From IMG/VR virus record IMGVR_UViG_3300010885_064671: DNA of 64,000 nt; one strand, given 5' to 3'. The stretch's first letter is position 1, and every line of letters begins with the position of its first letter. Shown one piece after another: positions 46,744 to 59,105 of the stretch. Origin of the DNA: a virus. The translations under genes were made by a program, and so were the position numbers. Under the pieces are notes generated by a model. That model did no database searches and had not been told where the DNA came from. It saw only the letters and a program-made list of their open reading frames with translations.

Positions 46744-49700
46744 AAGTTTTAGTACTCCATGTGATAGCATCTGGATTTTGTATCTCAAATGATACGCCAG
46801 CAGTAATATTCCTATTAACTATATCATATATTTCTTGTATATCATTAAAATTGTCTTTAACTGAATCTGGCATTCTTATTACCGTATACCCTCCCCTTGG
46901 GTATGCCTTTGGGTTAATGGAATACATGTCCCAATAAGTATCGGAACCATGAATTGAATCCATACTTACCCTGGATTGAGCGTCTGCTGTTATGCCTCCA
47001 CCTCTTACTCTAATATCATAGATATTAACAGATGATTTTTTATCAGAATTTGATATATATACAACCCCGAGCATCAAAGCAATAGGGTTATAGGAGTAGG
47101 AGTACTGATCAAAAATATTAAAATCATAAGTAAAATGAACAGGATATGAATTAACATAATTAATTAATGGTTTCCTGCCGGAAATAAGTGCATCATTTTT
47201 TGTATTATCTGATATATGCATTGGTGTATCGTTGATATCTATTTTAGTTGGCAACAAATATATATAGATTGGTTTATTCTCATCTATAGTTTTTGAATTT
47301 AAAAATGTATTAAGAGGAACCTCTTGCCCCTCGACCTGATATATCCAAGCCGCTGTATCTTTAATCGTATAATTAACTTTGATAAGATTTTCGTTAGAGG
47401 AAATTATTTGATTATCAAATTCTATATAACCATTTTCTGCATCTATATCGAGAATTTCAGTACGAGGAATTTTTACCCATGATGAGGTTTGATCCGCTCT
47501 GATATAAACATCTACAACTGGTACTATAGCGGGGATTAAAGTATCGGTATCTTTTTCTACCGGGACAGCTACAGATAGGATTGGAAAATGACGAAGTTTT
47601 ATTTTCTTAGAAGAAATAACTATAGGAATTTCGTTAACTATATCTTTGCACCCTCTGCCATAAATTCTAGAAAAATTCTCAGAAAAGGATCCGACAGATG
47701 TATCGTAAGTGCAATATAGCGTTTGATTTATATACTTTGATTTCCAATCAGTAAATATATGTTTATTGGATAAAGTAATTTCTTTATTAAAAGAACCCAC
47801 ACTTACCTTTAGCGGCCATGCTTCGTTCTTTCCTACGGATTCATTCATGTCAACTATTTTTATTGCTGAAGAATTATTATATTTTACCGAATAAACTGGG
47901 GCAATCATTTTGGGGTTAATGGTTACAGGTTTAAATGAATTTGTACTTTGAGCACCAACGTAATTTATTAAAGTATCCACATTTCCATCTGCATCAAAAG
48001 CCATAGCTGATATATATATATTATTTATTCCTCTTGTTATTAACTCTCCATAAGTAACTAATTTACCTATAAATTCTTTTTCTTTTTTATCATAAAATCC
48101 ATATATAAATCCATTTTCCTCTAGCAACTTATTGGTTATAGAAACATAACCATAGTTAATATCAAATTTTTTGCTTGGGTCAGAAACTGCAGCGGTTACT
48201 ATACCAGCTCTTACATTTTCTGGAGATGGAATTCCAATTGGTTTTCCAGAAGAATCACACAATAATACAACTCCATCATTTGACGTGATAGAACTAACTT
48301 TTTCTATATTTTGACCAGCTACAGTTATCAGTGAATAATTATCTATTATTTCTTCTTCGGATATATAAGTTTTTGAATTGCTATAATAAGTAGCTGACGT
48401 AGATAACTTAACGCCCGTACACTGGACAACGCCACCCTGTATCGGATTTGGTATGTCGCCATGATATGTAGTTGTAATTGCTGTAGCAGGAGAAATTGCA
48501 GTAGAGCCGATGGAAGAAGTTACGTTAGATAATTCTACAGAGGTATCTTTGTCAAGGGTTACCGAAGACGGTTGAGAAAAATCAACAGTTATACCATTGT
48601 TAATTATGTTATTTATTTCAGCTGTATTTTGCTGTACTAAATTATTTACCAATTGATTTAAAGCTGTATTATTAGCTATAATTGGTGTGTCAAATGTTTT
48701 GAAATACTTTTTTCCCAAGTAAGAATAACTTATACTTCTTAAGAGTACATTTTTTCCAGACAAATATTTCTGATTATATTCAATCGATAAGGAATTCATG
48801 GATGAAAGATTTGAAAAATTTTCAGTTAAATCAGCAATTGCGTTTATATAAACATCCGCAGTACTAACTATATCCTTATAGCCTATTGTTCTCGACTGCT
48901 CTGTAATAGTTTTTACTACAGAAGTTATTTGCGTTGAACCATCTACTGAATTAACACTGAATAAATTAATTATATTTTCTGTCCATTTACCATCAGCGTT
49001 ACTCCATCCATAAAACTTATCCGGCAGTGTTGCGTAAAGAAGGTACTTGTCGGAAATACAAACTAATTTGCCGTTGCTCCATGAAAGATTCTTATCTGGA
49101 TAACCATTTTCATCTGTTAGCCAAAAGCTAGCTAGTTCATCAGATTCTGGAGCAACAATATCCGGAAATGCTTGATAGATTTTCTTATCATTAAATAAGG
49201 TATTTGTTACGTCATCTGGCGGTGTTGTAGTCGTACTCGGTGCCCCTGGTGTAATCGTATCCGGTAGACGGATAGTTAATTGAGCGGTAACCATATCTGC
49301 GGTTATTGCCTTTATACCAAACCCTTCAGCCAATGTCCCATACTTACCACCTAATTGCTTACCGTTAGTTTGCAATCTAACATAAACGTATCTACAATCT
49401 TTTGTCGATACAGAGGATGGGTCTATCTCGATAACGCTATTAACCGGAGCCTTATTTAAGGTTTTATGAATTTTATATGAAGTGTGAACACTTGCTGCTG
49501 CGATTTTTTTTGTTCCGCCCTGGGTTGGATCGGTGCTTGAATAACCATATGTTAAAGCCACAACCTTATTCCAGGGAGCTTCATCTAAAGTAATTCTTAT
49601 TTTTTTTACTTTCTCATATTTTTCTGGTTGTGGAATACTAAAAAATATAAAATCTTCTACAGTTGAAGGAGAATTAGACACATTACCAGTAAAAGAAATT

Positions 49701-52700
49701 CTTCTAAAAGGACTTCCGGAATTAATCTCTGATACATCTATTTGCTTAAAAACTGCTGCTGGAAACTGAGGTATAGCATATTGCCCAGCCAGATCTACAA
49801 CTCTTTGATAGTATTGTGGTTCATGTTGCTGCCAGAATTTTAGCACATACGCCATTAAGGATTTTGTTTCGCTATCTACCACACCATCTGGTGGATAAAG
49901 CAACTTGATTCTAGGGACCAAACCAGCAGCGCCACCGATTACATTGCCAGTAGAACACTTAGTCTGGAATGTTTTTACTGCAGTGCTGAGCGCGGCGGTG
50001 TATGTGTTGTTATCTTCTGCCTTCAATAGCATCTTATATAACCCTGCTACATGCATTATAATTTTTATATATCTTACGTATGGATGCTTTGCTCCAACAC
50101 GCCAAGTTGCTACTGGATAACCATCTTGAGCAACATCTATATCCCAAGTGTAATTAAAGTTTTTATAATTAACATTACTTATATCAGTTAATATTGATTC
50201 TTTTCCTGAAAAAATCGATGTGCATGGGACGTCAATTACATTGGCGCCACCTGTTGTTACGGTTTCACCAGGAGTAGTAGTCTCGCTTCCAGCAGGGGTG
50301 GTAACTGAATCGTGACTTTGAATCAAACTATTTACACCAGAATGATTTCTTGTTACAAATCCATAAACTTTTACAGATCTCATTTCTCCAGTACCCTTAT
50401 AGATTAAATTAAGCCTAGTCTTTTGAACACCGTTGAAGGCTATAACTCTTTCCTCTGTTGATATTCTTGAATATTTTGTAGCAAATCTGAAAGGATAAGA
50501 CTTGAAATACGATGCGGGACTGATAGAGGTGTTTATAGACCTACTACCACCCACCTTGTACTCCCCAATTTCCCTAAGGGCATAAGGTCCATATCCCTCT
50601 GGGATCTGTATATTATTAGATTTTTTTTCTGTAAAGGCAAAAAGTTTTTGATTTTTATCTGGTATTTTATATAAACTATAAATTGATGGAAAATTTTCTA
50701 AAACTACATTTGTTATTTTTATAGTTGATAACGAACCAATTGAAGATGGAGTAGATGCTATAACGTCTGAATTAGTTATTTCTATGTAGAAATCTGTACT
50801 GTTATCTATGACGCTATCATTATACAGGTGAGCTGCAACTGAACTTGGAAGTGTTTCTGAAACTTTTTTTAGATAATATTTTTTAATCGAATCGTCTTCA
50901 GATATTAAATCTCTTGCATAATTTATTGGATACTGCGGAGATTCGCTCAAAGAATTAATGAGTAATGGCATATTTGTAAAGTACTTTGTTTTTTCATCAT
51001 CCAGCAATGCAGACTCGTCCATAACCCATGAAGACTCCCACGGGCCAACAAAATTATACAAAGAAGATCGCACGTCCACCAATCTAGTGGCCTGAGACCT
51101 ACTATATAGCCCGTATAATACACTGTTATACAATAGCTTAAAGGGACCCTCTACAAAACCGGGCATTTGCCCATAGTCATCCTGCTCGTAAGATGATAAA
51201 TCGACGTTTGCATTAGCGACGTTTACCAATTCGGACATTCTATATACACTATTGCAATATTCTAAAAACGAAAATGAAGTAAATATTATGTTTCCTTGAT
51301 TAAGTTTATCTCCTGTGGAAGCAAAGCTAAAAGTAGCACCAGCAGCACCATAGGAAGTGGAACTTAAACCCACCTTTAAGAACACCTTACTAAAATCTAA
51401 TGTATCTATCTTTCTAAATTTTGTTTTCTTTATACCATAAACACCATAAGTTTCATTATTAAAAATACTTGGATCTATATTCCATCCGCCAGTAGTCTTT
51501 TCGTCAAGCACCGAAGATTCAACATAATCGACATATTGCTCCACCACTTGAGTAGCTATATCTTCTGATTTTATTTTAATCTCACTAAAGACAAACGGCT
51601 TTCCCCCAGGGTAGTTAGATGCGTCGACTATAAGTGTTCCATTTTTTATGGTAACAAATTCTTTTATTACATTTGATGCGTGTTCAGACAGTTCCTTTGT
51701 GGGACAAAAAGCCAAAACATCAAATTCATTTAGATTACTTACTGCATTTATATCTACCATCCAATAATATGCATTATTTTTTTCAGGTTTACTGCCTTCT
51801 ATAGATTGAACCCAGGTAGCATTTTCAACATTTGGATTTTGAAAAATGTAGTTAGAAAGATTAAATGAAGATTTTTGTAATCTATAAAATATATATGGTT
51901 TAATATTTTCCAAAGAAGTTGTGTCTAGTGAATCATATAGAACACCTACATTTACCACCCTCTGCTTTATCGCACCAGACGCTTCAGCATTAGCGGAGTT
52001 ATCTACAATGTCAAAGTTAACTGGTTGGTTTACCCTGGCAACTAATCTCCAGTTAAATGCTTCATAGTTTCTATTATCGAACAAAGCTTTACGCGGTACA
52101 AATACCTGATAACTACTATAGTCTAAATTGTGGGAAAATATTTCTGAATATTTCTTATTAAATTTTTTAACAGAAAATACTTTATTATTATTTTTTGATA
52201 TAACAGATGCTTCCTCTGCTGTTTCATTATAATAATTTACTGCATTTATTGTTTCCATATATCTTAAGTTTTGGGAAATGACTAGACCGTATTTATCACA
52301 CTCTACTTTGTCGTAAACCAATTTAAGATTTATTGGGTTTGATGCATCTAGGCAGACGACAACCCTATAGGGTATCTCTACATTGGTCGAATTTTTTTCA
52401 GTTATATATGGATCTAGTAGTATTTTATACTTTTTTCTTCCTGTATTTTTGTCTACGTATTCTTGATTTTGAGAATCAAGAACTCTTATATTTACATTTT
52501 TGTAAAAAGACATGTCATTATAATCAGACATATCTGTTATTGAATATCCTGCGGGAGCGGCAATAAAAAATCTGCTAACGTAATAAAAATGCAAAAAATC
52601 TGTTTCATTAATTTTATCTGGGAATAGTCTTTCCGTAGTATAGTTATTGGAAAGTTGGGTGTCGCTTATTGTTAAGTCTTTAGTGTGAAAATTGGTATTT

Positions 52701-52936
52701 CCATTTGCATCCTGCAAAATACCCAATTCATTTGCATAAAAAAAATTAGTTTCATTTTGAGTAAGTATCTTATTTTCGGCTATTGTTTCAGATGTGTCTA
52801 ATATCTTAAGACTATCTTTAGGATTAGGCTCGCTATTAACAAAGTACGCAAGCCCCACACCATTAAGTGGTATTATATTTCCTACCTTGACTGCCTTCTC
52901 AAGCCCTAGGGTAGTTATATTTTCAAACGCTTTCAT
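46736..52936 (-). CDS. Giant (2066 aa) structural protein (fibre/baseplate)
   Basis: Uninterrupted 6.2-kb ORF with a TAATG junction to the upstream fibre gene. Confidence 0.7.
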   Translation of the reverse strand: MKAFENITTLGLEKAVKVGNIIPLNGVGLAYFVNSEPNPKDSLKILDTSETIAENKILTQNETNFFYANELGILQDANGNTNFHTKDLTISDTQLSNNYTTERLFPDKINETDFLHFYYVSRFFIAAPAGYSITDMSDYNDMSFYKNVNIRVLDSQNQEYVDKNTGRKKYKILLDPYITEKNSTNVEIPYRVVVCLDASNPINLKLVYDKVECDKYGLVISQNLRYMETINAVNYYNETAEEASVISKNNNKVFSVKKFNKKYSEIFSHNLDYSSYQVFVPRKALFDNRNYEAFNWRLVARVNQPVNFDIVDNSANAEASGAIKQRVVNVGVLYDSLDTTSLENIKPYIFYRLQKSSFNLSNYIFQNPNVENATWVQSIEGSKPEKNNAYYWMVDINAVSNLNEFDVLAFCPTKELSEHASNVIKEFVTIKNGTLIVDASNYPGGKPFVFSEIKIKSEDIATQVVEQYVDYVESSVLDEKTTGGWNIDPSIFNNETYGVYGIKKTKFRKIDTLDFSKVFLKVGLSSTSYGAAGATFSFASTGDKLNQGNIIFTSFSFLEYCNSVYRMSELVNVANANVDLSSYEQDDYGQMPGFVEGPFKLLYNSVLYGLYSRSQATRLVDVRSSLYNFVGPWESSWVMDESALLDDEKTKYFTNMPLLINSLSESPQYPINYARDLISEDDSIKKYYLKKVSETLPSSVAAHLYNDSVIDNSTDFYIEITNSDVIASTPSSIGSLSTIKITNVVLENFPSIYSLYKIPDKNQKLFAFTEKKSNNIQIPEGYGPYALREIGEYKVGGSRSINTSISPASYFKSYPFRFATKYSRISTEERVIAFNGVQKTRLNLIYKGTGEMRSVKVYGFVTRNHSGVNSLIQSHDSVTTPAGSETTTPGETVTTGGANVIDVPCTSIFSGKESILTDISNVNYKNFNYTWDIDVAQDGYPVATWRVGAKHPYVRYIKIIMHVAGLYKMLLKAEDNNTYTAALSTAVKTFQTKCSTGNVIGGAAGLVPRIKLLYPPDGVVDSETKSLMAYVLKFWQQHEPQYYQRVVDLAGQYAIPQFPAAVFKQIDVSEINSGSPFRRISFTGNVSNSPSTVEDFIFFSIPQPEKYEKVKKIRITLDEAPWNKVVALTYGYSSTDPTQGGTKKIAAASVHTSYKIHKTLNKAPVNSVIEIDPSSVSTKDCRYVYVRLQTNGKQLGGKYGTLAEGFGIKAITADMVTAQLTIRLPDTITPGAPSTTTTPPDDVTNTLFNDKKIYQAFPDIVAPESDELASFWLTDENGYPDKNLSWSNGKLVCISDKYLLYATLPDKFYGWSNADGKWTENIINLFSVNSVDGSTQITSVVKTITEQSRTIGYKDIVSTADVYINAIADLTENFSNLSSMNSLSIEYNQKYLSGKNVLLRSISYSYLGKKYFKTFDTPIIANNTALNQLVNNLVQQNTAEINNIINNGITVDFSQPSSVTLDKDTSVELSNVTSSIGSTAISPATAITTTYHGDIPNPIQGGVVQCTGVKLSTSATYYSNSKTYISEEEIIDNYSLITVAGQNIEKVSSITSNDGVVLLCDSSGKPIGIPSPENVRAGIVTAAVSDPSKKFDINYGYVSITNKLLEENGFIYGFYDKKEKEFIGKLVTYGELITRGINNIYISAMAFDADGNVDTLINYVGAQSTNSFKPVTINPKMIAPVYSVKYNNSSAIKIVDMNESVGKNEAWPLKVSVGSFNKEITLSNKHIFTDWKSKYINQTLYCTYDTSVGSFSENFSRIYGRGCKDIVNEIPIVISSKKIKLRHFPILSVAVPVEKDTDTLIPAIVPVVDVYIRADQTSSWVKIPRTEILDIDAENGYIEFDNQIISSNENLIKVNYTIKDTAAWIYQVEGQEVPLNTFLNSKTIDENKPIYIYLLPTKIDINDTPMHISDNTKNDALISGRKPLINYVNSYPVHFTYDFNIFDQYSYSYNPIALMLGVVYISNSDKKSSVNIYDIRVRGGGITADAQSRVSMDSIHGSDTYWDMYSINPKAYPRGGYTVIRMPDSVKDNFNDIQEIYDIVNRNITAGVSFEIQNPDAITWSTKTYE

Positions 52937-55900
52937 TAACTTTCCTCATAACCTATTATTGTATTTGGAGTAGCAATTACATTCGGAGTTGAGCCGAATA
53001 ACCCCATCTGATACTGGCTGTAATAATCTATGGGAACCCATGTTGGTGGGACCCAATTCAACTCGCCATAAGGAGTAGAGCTATCTTCTTGATCTATTAT
53101 ATTATATGTAAAGTTTGGAGTCGCAATTATACTTGGGTCATTACCTATACTCTTATAGTAGGAAGGCAATACTGTTTCTTCATTTAAATATTGGATGTTA
53201 TCAAATCTTTCATACCAATAAGATATGTCCCCATATATTGTGTTAGGAGTTGCCGATGGCGTAGCTGCCATCTCCGTTTCTACTGTCACAAACCAATATC
53301 CTGGATCATTCCTAACCTGAGAATAAAATGGACCTATAGAAAACTTGCCCCCAGGTGCCGAAACGTATCCAGAATCTAGGGTTCTGCCTGGAGTTGCGGC
53401 CTGATTTTTATACCCTACATCATTCAATGCACCGTGGAAACTTCTTGCCTTTCTCCAATAAACTATCGGTGTAGATGCCGGAGGTATATTGTTTGAGGAT
53501 AAATAGCCCTTAATGTAATTTTCGCTAATCCCATCTGACTCGATCATACCTTTTGACGCTACTGCTTTTAGTGAATATTCTGGTATATAGTTTTCTATAA
53601 ACTCTATATTCGAACCAAAAATAAATGTATTAGCTTCGCTATTGACGTGAGCAAGTGGGTCTGGGTAAGATAAACCTGAAACTAAAATTGAAGCAAACAT
53701 TTCACTAGTAGAAATACCAACAAATCTTAATTTTGTTTTAGCTAAACCAAATTCATCAGTTGTTAGATATTCTTCTTCCACATCCAAAAGATCACTTGAT
53801 ATCCTAAATGTTTGATATGGCTTAAAATTCCCAGCCACGTCATAAGATCTAATCAATAGATATATTATATCATCTATGTTTTTGGATATAGTTTGTGGAG
53901 ATAAAGTAACAATTGCCGTACCAAAATCATATTCATCTTTAGAAAGATATACATACCCTTCTTCTATCGGAAGATCTGAAGTGTTTAAATTTATCCCTAA
54001 AGGTGTAGAATGCTCTTGCAGTGCAGATTCGTATGTAATCTTATATGTAGAGTTTACTGATGGAGTAGCTGAGAAATATATTTTAGCATTATAAGATTCG
54101 CTAGCGTGAGAATAGTTATTTCTATCTACATAAAAAGCTCTAGATAGATTATAGCTTACTGTATATTCTCTGCCTGGTACTATTATACTCCCGCCAGTAG
54201 CAGCACTATTGTATATCATCAACTTATTAAGAGCTTGCGAATACTTATCTTGTCCACTAGCAATGAAGTCTGAATCTATCGAAATATAAAATTCACCGTC
54301 TAAGTAAAATGGTATATAACCTGTAGTGCCAGGCGTAGAAGACTGGGAAGCTATAGACCATATATAAAACTCTGGATTTAATGGAGATCTAGTTAAGATC
54401 TTTCCAGTATAATTATCTTTTATTGTTATATCTTTTATTGCTGTGTGTGCGAGATATAGGGCTGATTCATTAGAGCCAATAAGAATTTCCTCATTTGAAA
54501 ATACTACATTTCCAGGTGTAGCTGGATCCGAAAATGCCATTTCATTCATATCAAATTGTATATCATTTTCTTGCACATCAACCAATATTGGTGCACCATG
54601 GGTAGGCACATTGTTTAATTCTAACCCAAAATATTTACCAAAATAAATTTCCACAATTGGTTTAGAGTAAACATAATAATCATCTTCTGCGAGATTTAAC
54701 CAACCAGTATTCATAGAAATTGGATTCGTACCCGATACCTGTGTTATGTCTCCAGCATATCCCTTCCCAAATTCTGCGTATACATCTACGGGGCTAAAAT
54801 AATATACGTCATTAGATGAATCGTAAATTTCCCTTATAATTTTAGATGAATTTTCATTATATCTTAAAAGTATACTTGAATCTCTAAGAACAGATTTTTG
54901 AGAAGTTCTTAAAACAATGTCTTTATTATTGGTTACAGGCTCAATTTCGGTTATAAGATACTGGTTATTTGATTCCGGGACTAAACCAAAATCCTCCCTA
55001 TTAAAAGAATATGTATCTAGGAATGTATCCCTCTTATTCAAATCAAATGGGCTATTTGTTTCGTCTACATTTTCGGTATTCTTATAAACATTCCCCAGAT
55101 AATCTAGATAGCCTTTAATCATAGGTGTTGTTCTTAATTCACCATCATCTATCGGATACCATATAGCATCTTTGAATGGATAATTAGGTGTTGAACTTAA
55201 ATTATTAGTTATAGCTAGAGTATGCGGCAAAGATGAATAGTTGAATGTGGCGGACTCAAGGTAGCCGGAATATATAGGATTAGTTAGAGTATGATCTGTA
55301 GCAGCATAGGAATTGATTACAATGTTTGGGGAAGATGGAACGAAATAATCTGTATCTAACAATGGGTAATAAGATCTACCCCCATATTTTAACGGTTCAC
55401 TAACCGCGATATCCACCGGTTGAGATTGCCCTATTATTATATCTGCAGGAGTAAAAACTGGTAGCGAATTTATTTTTTTGCCTTCTATTATTAGATTAGA
55501 AGGAGTTGCATCGGTAGGAATTAACAGATTTTTTACCAGATCAGACACTAGCAATGTTTCATCTTTAGTTATATATGGATCATTATCTGAATTTAAAATA
55601 ATATTTTCTTCTACAATATTTGAATAACCAATTATCTCTTTGGTGCCGTAAACAGTAGATCCTATTTTAAAATTAGAATTAACATAATTTATATTTGGGG
55701 TAGTCTTAGATATATATGAACCAGAAGTTGGGTTACGCGAGTATGCAACAGATTGCTCATCAAAGCCAACTCTATATTGGCCGGTTGGAACTGCTACATA
55801 AGACTGAGTATTTACATCCCATTTAACTTTGTTAACAATTCTTACCGAAGATGCTTTAGATATATCTATAGAATTATTAACTGGTGTGGCTAAAGAATTT

Positions 55901-57817
55901 TCATATGTATAATCATATCTTTTTTCTTTAAACGACAAATTTTGTCCAGTAAAATTATTTGAATCAACAATTTTTATATAGTTATATTCAGGGCTTGCCG
56001 AATCCGTTTGTAGATAATTATTATAAACGAAAAAATCTTCTCTATCATTATAATCCAAGTTAGCATAGAAGCTTGATGGTGTTGAATACTGATTGTGCGC
56101 TGGCATATATATCTCATAGACCAAAGCTACACCAGCATTAAACGGAGTTGCAGAGTTTGGGTTTGAAACATGTGGATTAGCTACAGTTTTATAATGCTGT
56201 GCCTTGTAGTTGTAATCTATCCTTATGGGCATGTAGTAGTCGTCAAAGCCTTCTGTTTTAAAGCCGCTGGCCTCAAAGTAACCTTCAAAAGAAACAGTCG
56301 AAGAATCCTTAGATACTATATCAATTTTTAGATCATCAAAATCACCAACACCAGCCTGGAAGTACTCCCCGAGTGGCGTAGCATTATCATATACAGCTGG
56401 TATATATCCAATACCCTCACCATTCAACCCTGCATAGTCCCATATGCCTTCGGACCAATCTATGTAGCCTATGTTTGAAGGATATGTTTCATTTATATAT
56501 TTTACAAAATCATAGAATCTTTTCTCTGCGACACCAGAATCCGAAAAATAAGGTGTCGAAGATTCAATGTCGCTTATCTCTAATATTTCAGGAGTAGCAC
56601 CAGCATAGTTGGAATCTGGAGTTGCACCATACGCTCTCCATATATCCAATTCTCTTCTTAGGGTTCTCTTAAATCCCTCTTTGCTTACTGATGGAGGATT
56701 GTTGTAAGTGTCTAGTATTCTTTTTTTAAAATTCGAATTACCCTCTAAATATAATCTATTAAGACCAACGCGTGCACCTAGCTCATCAAATATATTAAAT
56801 AATAGAATTGGTTCCTGATGATATAGAGAACCATCTATATTTAATGAATCAAATTCTTGTAAAGTTACTATTTGACTATCTATTATATTATGATAAAAAA
56901 TATAATCTGTTACCCTAGATGAATTAAACTTTTCTACAGAAGAAACCCTAGCTAGTACTATGCCATCCCCAACAAAGCTCAAAGACCCAGCAGGAATTTT
57001 GTATGATACATATCCCCAAGCTGGGATATTAAGATCAGACGTACCTAAAAAATTATTTAAATTATATATATCAAGTTGAGTATTAAAATCATCTAGATAA
57101 TGACCAACTAATGAATTAACAAACTTACCGCCTACGGTTATAGGAGTAGCTAATTCTGGAGTTGCTTGCTCTATGGAATCCTCATAGATGTCTGTCCATG
57201 TTGGGAATTTTTTTAGAATGCTCCTAGCGTAATCGGAAATTACCGGACTAGAGATATCATTTATCGCTACATTTATATATAGCAAAAGACCCAAAGAAGA
57301 AATGTCTTCTACGTCAGAAAATATTTCTAATTCTATTTTAATATATTCTTTTGAATTTATTAAAAATATTGAATTTGATTCAGAACTTAAAGTAGAAGTT
57401 ATCCAAGTCCCAGATAAGCCAGTATCTGATTCGTAAATTTGTAAATTAAATGTTGGTTGCTGAACACCCGGATTATTGGTGAACGCATGTTTAAATGAGA
57501 TTATATCTACGGATGAAGATGTATCTATAAAGCGTAAATCTGATGGACTTGCACCATCCCTAACCACTTCGCCGTAGTTAGTTACGTATGAAGCATTAGA
57601 AGAAACAGGTGTAGCGTGGTGGCCAGAAAAATTGGGTGAAGAAACTTCAGTCCCAACAAATGTATAATCTCCGGATTAAGTTTAAACCAGTTTTAGATCT
57701 ATCGTTAGAATAATTCTTATAGAACTTATTGTTGTACAAGTTGATAGAACCAGTTGTCCATTTATTTCCATTTTTTACAAAGTCTCCGCTTCGGAAACCT
57801 AATAGATACTGTTTCAT
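52936..57817 (-). CDS. Giant (about 1626 aa) fibre-like structural protein. A 48-codon N-terminal ORF is joined to ORF 52936..57567 by a +1 shift at CGG 57673..57671.
   Basis: From ATG 57817: MKQYLLGFRSGDFVKNGNKW...KTGLNLI | GDYTFVGTEVSSPNFSGHHATPVSSNASYVTNYGEVVRDGASPSD... The track's GTG 'start' at 57567 is internal. The protein contains about 26 [AST]-T-P motifs. Confidence 0.65.
57671..57673 (-). other. Candidate +1 recoding site (ATC CGG AGA read as ATC c GGA GAT)
   Basis: The 0 frame stops 7 codons later. The +1 frame stays open for about 1578 codons. Confidence 0.6.
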
Positions 57818-57842
57818 TACTTGTTCTCTCTAATTTTTTAGT

Positions 57843-59087
57843 TTAATTTAACCAAATAGAATACTCTGAAGTTACCCCATTTTCTGGATGTACAAACATT
57901 AAGTGCTGACAAGGTCTACTCATGGACGAGAAGTACTCCTGAGCATACGTGTTATAGCTTTCTGGCGACCCAGAAATTCTAAGAGTAGAACTACCCAATG
58001 TATATTTTGCTTGAACGTGATAATGCCCCATGAAGACGTCATCGAAATGTTCAGGTATTGCTCCATCTTTCCAGCCAAAAACTTTTACCTTATAAGGAGA
58101 AATTGAATTAGGATGTGGCAGCTGATCACCATGGATTAAGAGGGTTGAGTAATTGCCGATAGTATCTATCGCATACCAATTTCTTTCTCCTTTACCATCC
58201 GGAATATTAAAAGTAATTCTATCTTCCGCAGAAAACATAAGTTCAGTTATCTTATATAGCAATCTGTCCATGTTGGTTTCTGGGTCATGTTGTTTTCTGG
58301 CCCTACCACCAACCGCACCATGATTACCTATAACACCAGTAACGCGAACTGTTTTAAAATTTTCTAATGCTGTTTTAAAAAACTTGCCCAATATTCTTGG
58401 TCCATTTATTCCGACCTGTCTGTATAGGCCAGAATCTATCAGGTGACTTTGTCCAGGAAATATCTCTTCTCCCTCGACTATGTCGCCCAGCATCCAGACA
58501 TGCAAATCGTCTACGTTGTGATCCATACGCTGTATCTCTGTTATCTCTAGCAGCTTCTGCGTATACAGCTCTATGCGCTCTTCTAAGACGTCAGAATTGT
58601 AATCTGGTGTTATCTTACCCATTTGCCAGTCACCGAATACCACAACTGCGGTTTCAGACGACTTATGTTTACTTTGCTTAAGTACTGGTGGTTTAGTCTT
58701 GGGCATTTCGAAATTAGCGAATGCATCAAAGGCGGCTTGGTATGCTACTGAAACAACTTCCTGCTGGACATTCTTCAGCGCATCTACTCTTCTTGCTAAT
58801 CTTTTATTTTCAGATCTTAAAAATTCATTTCTTGAATCGGATATAGAATCAGAATCTATCATATCTTCATCTAAGTCAACTTCTGGATCTAAGTATATAG
58901 ACTGCTCATAAGATGAATCTTTATTTCTAATGTAATCGGCTATATCTTGTTCTGCTATTTCTTCTACTGAAATGGATTCACTTAATACGTCTCCATGACC
59001 CTTGTCATCAAAAATCAAACTTTTAGCTTGACCAACGTTTGGGGCGCGAACTATATGTGTTTTAGTAATAACAAAATTCTTCTTCAT
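57843..59087 (-). CDS. Calcineurin-like metallophosphoesterase (in the structural module)
   Basis: VVFGDWQMG, MLGDIVEG, GNHG, LIHGD, GHYH. Confidence 0.75.
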   Translation of the reverse strand: MKKNFVITKTHIVRAPNVGQAKSLIFDDKGHGDVLSESISVEEIAEQDIADYIRNKDSSYEQSIYLDPEVDLDEDMIDSDSISDSRNEFLRSENKRLARRVDALKNVQQEVVSVAYQAAFDAFANFEMPKTKPPVLKQSKHKSSETAVVVFGDWQMGKITPDYNSDVLEERIELYTQKLLEITEIQRMDHNVDDLHVWMLGDIVEGEEIFPGQSHLIDSGLYRQVGINGPRILGKFFKTALENFKTVRVTGVIGNHGAVGGRARKQHDPETNMDRLLYKITELMFSAEDRITFNIPDGKGERNWYAIDTIGNYSTLLIHGDQLPHPNSISPYKVKVFGWKDGAIPEHFDDVFMGHYHVQAKYTLGSSTLRISGSPESYNTYAQEYFSSMSRPCQHLMFVHPENGVTSEYSIWLN

Positions 59088-59105
59088 GACCCGACCTATT
59101 CTAGG

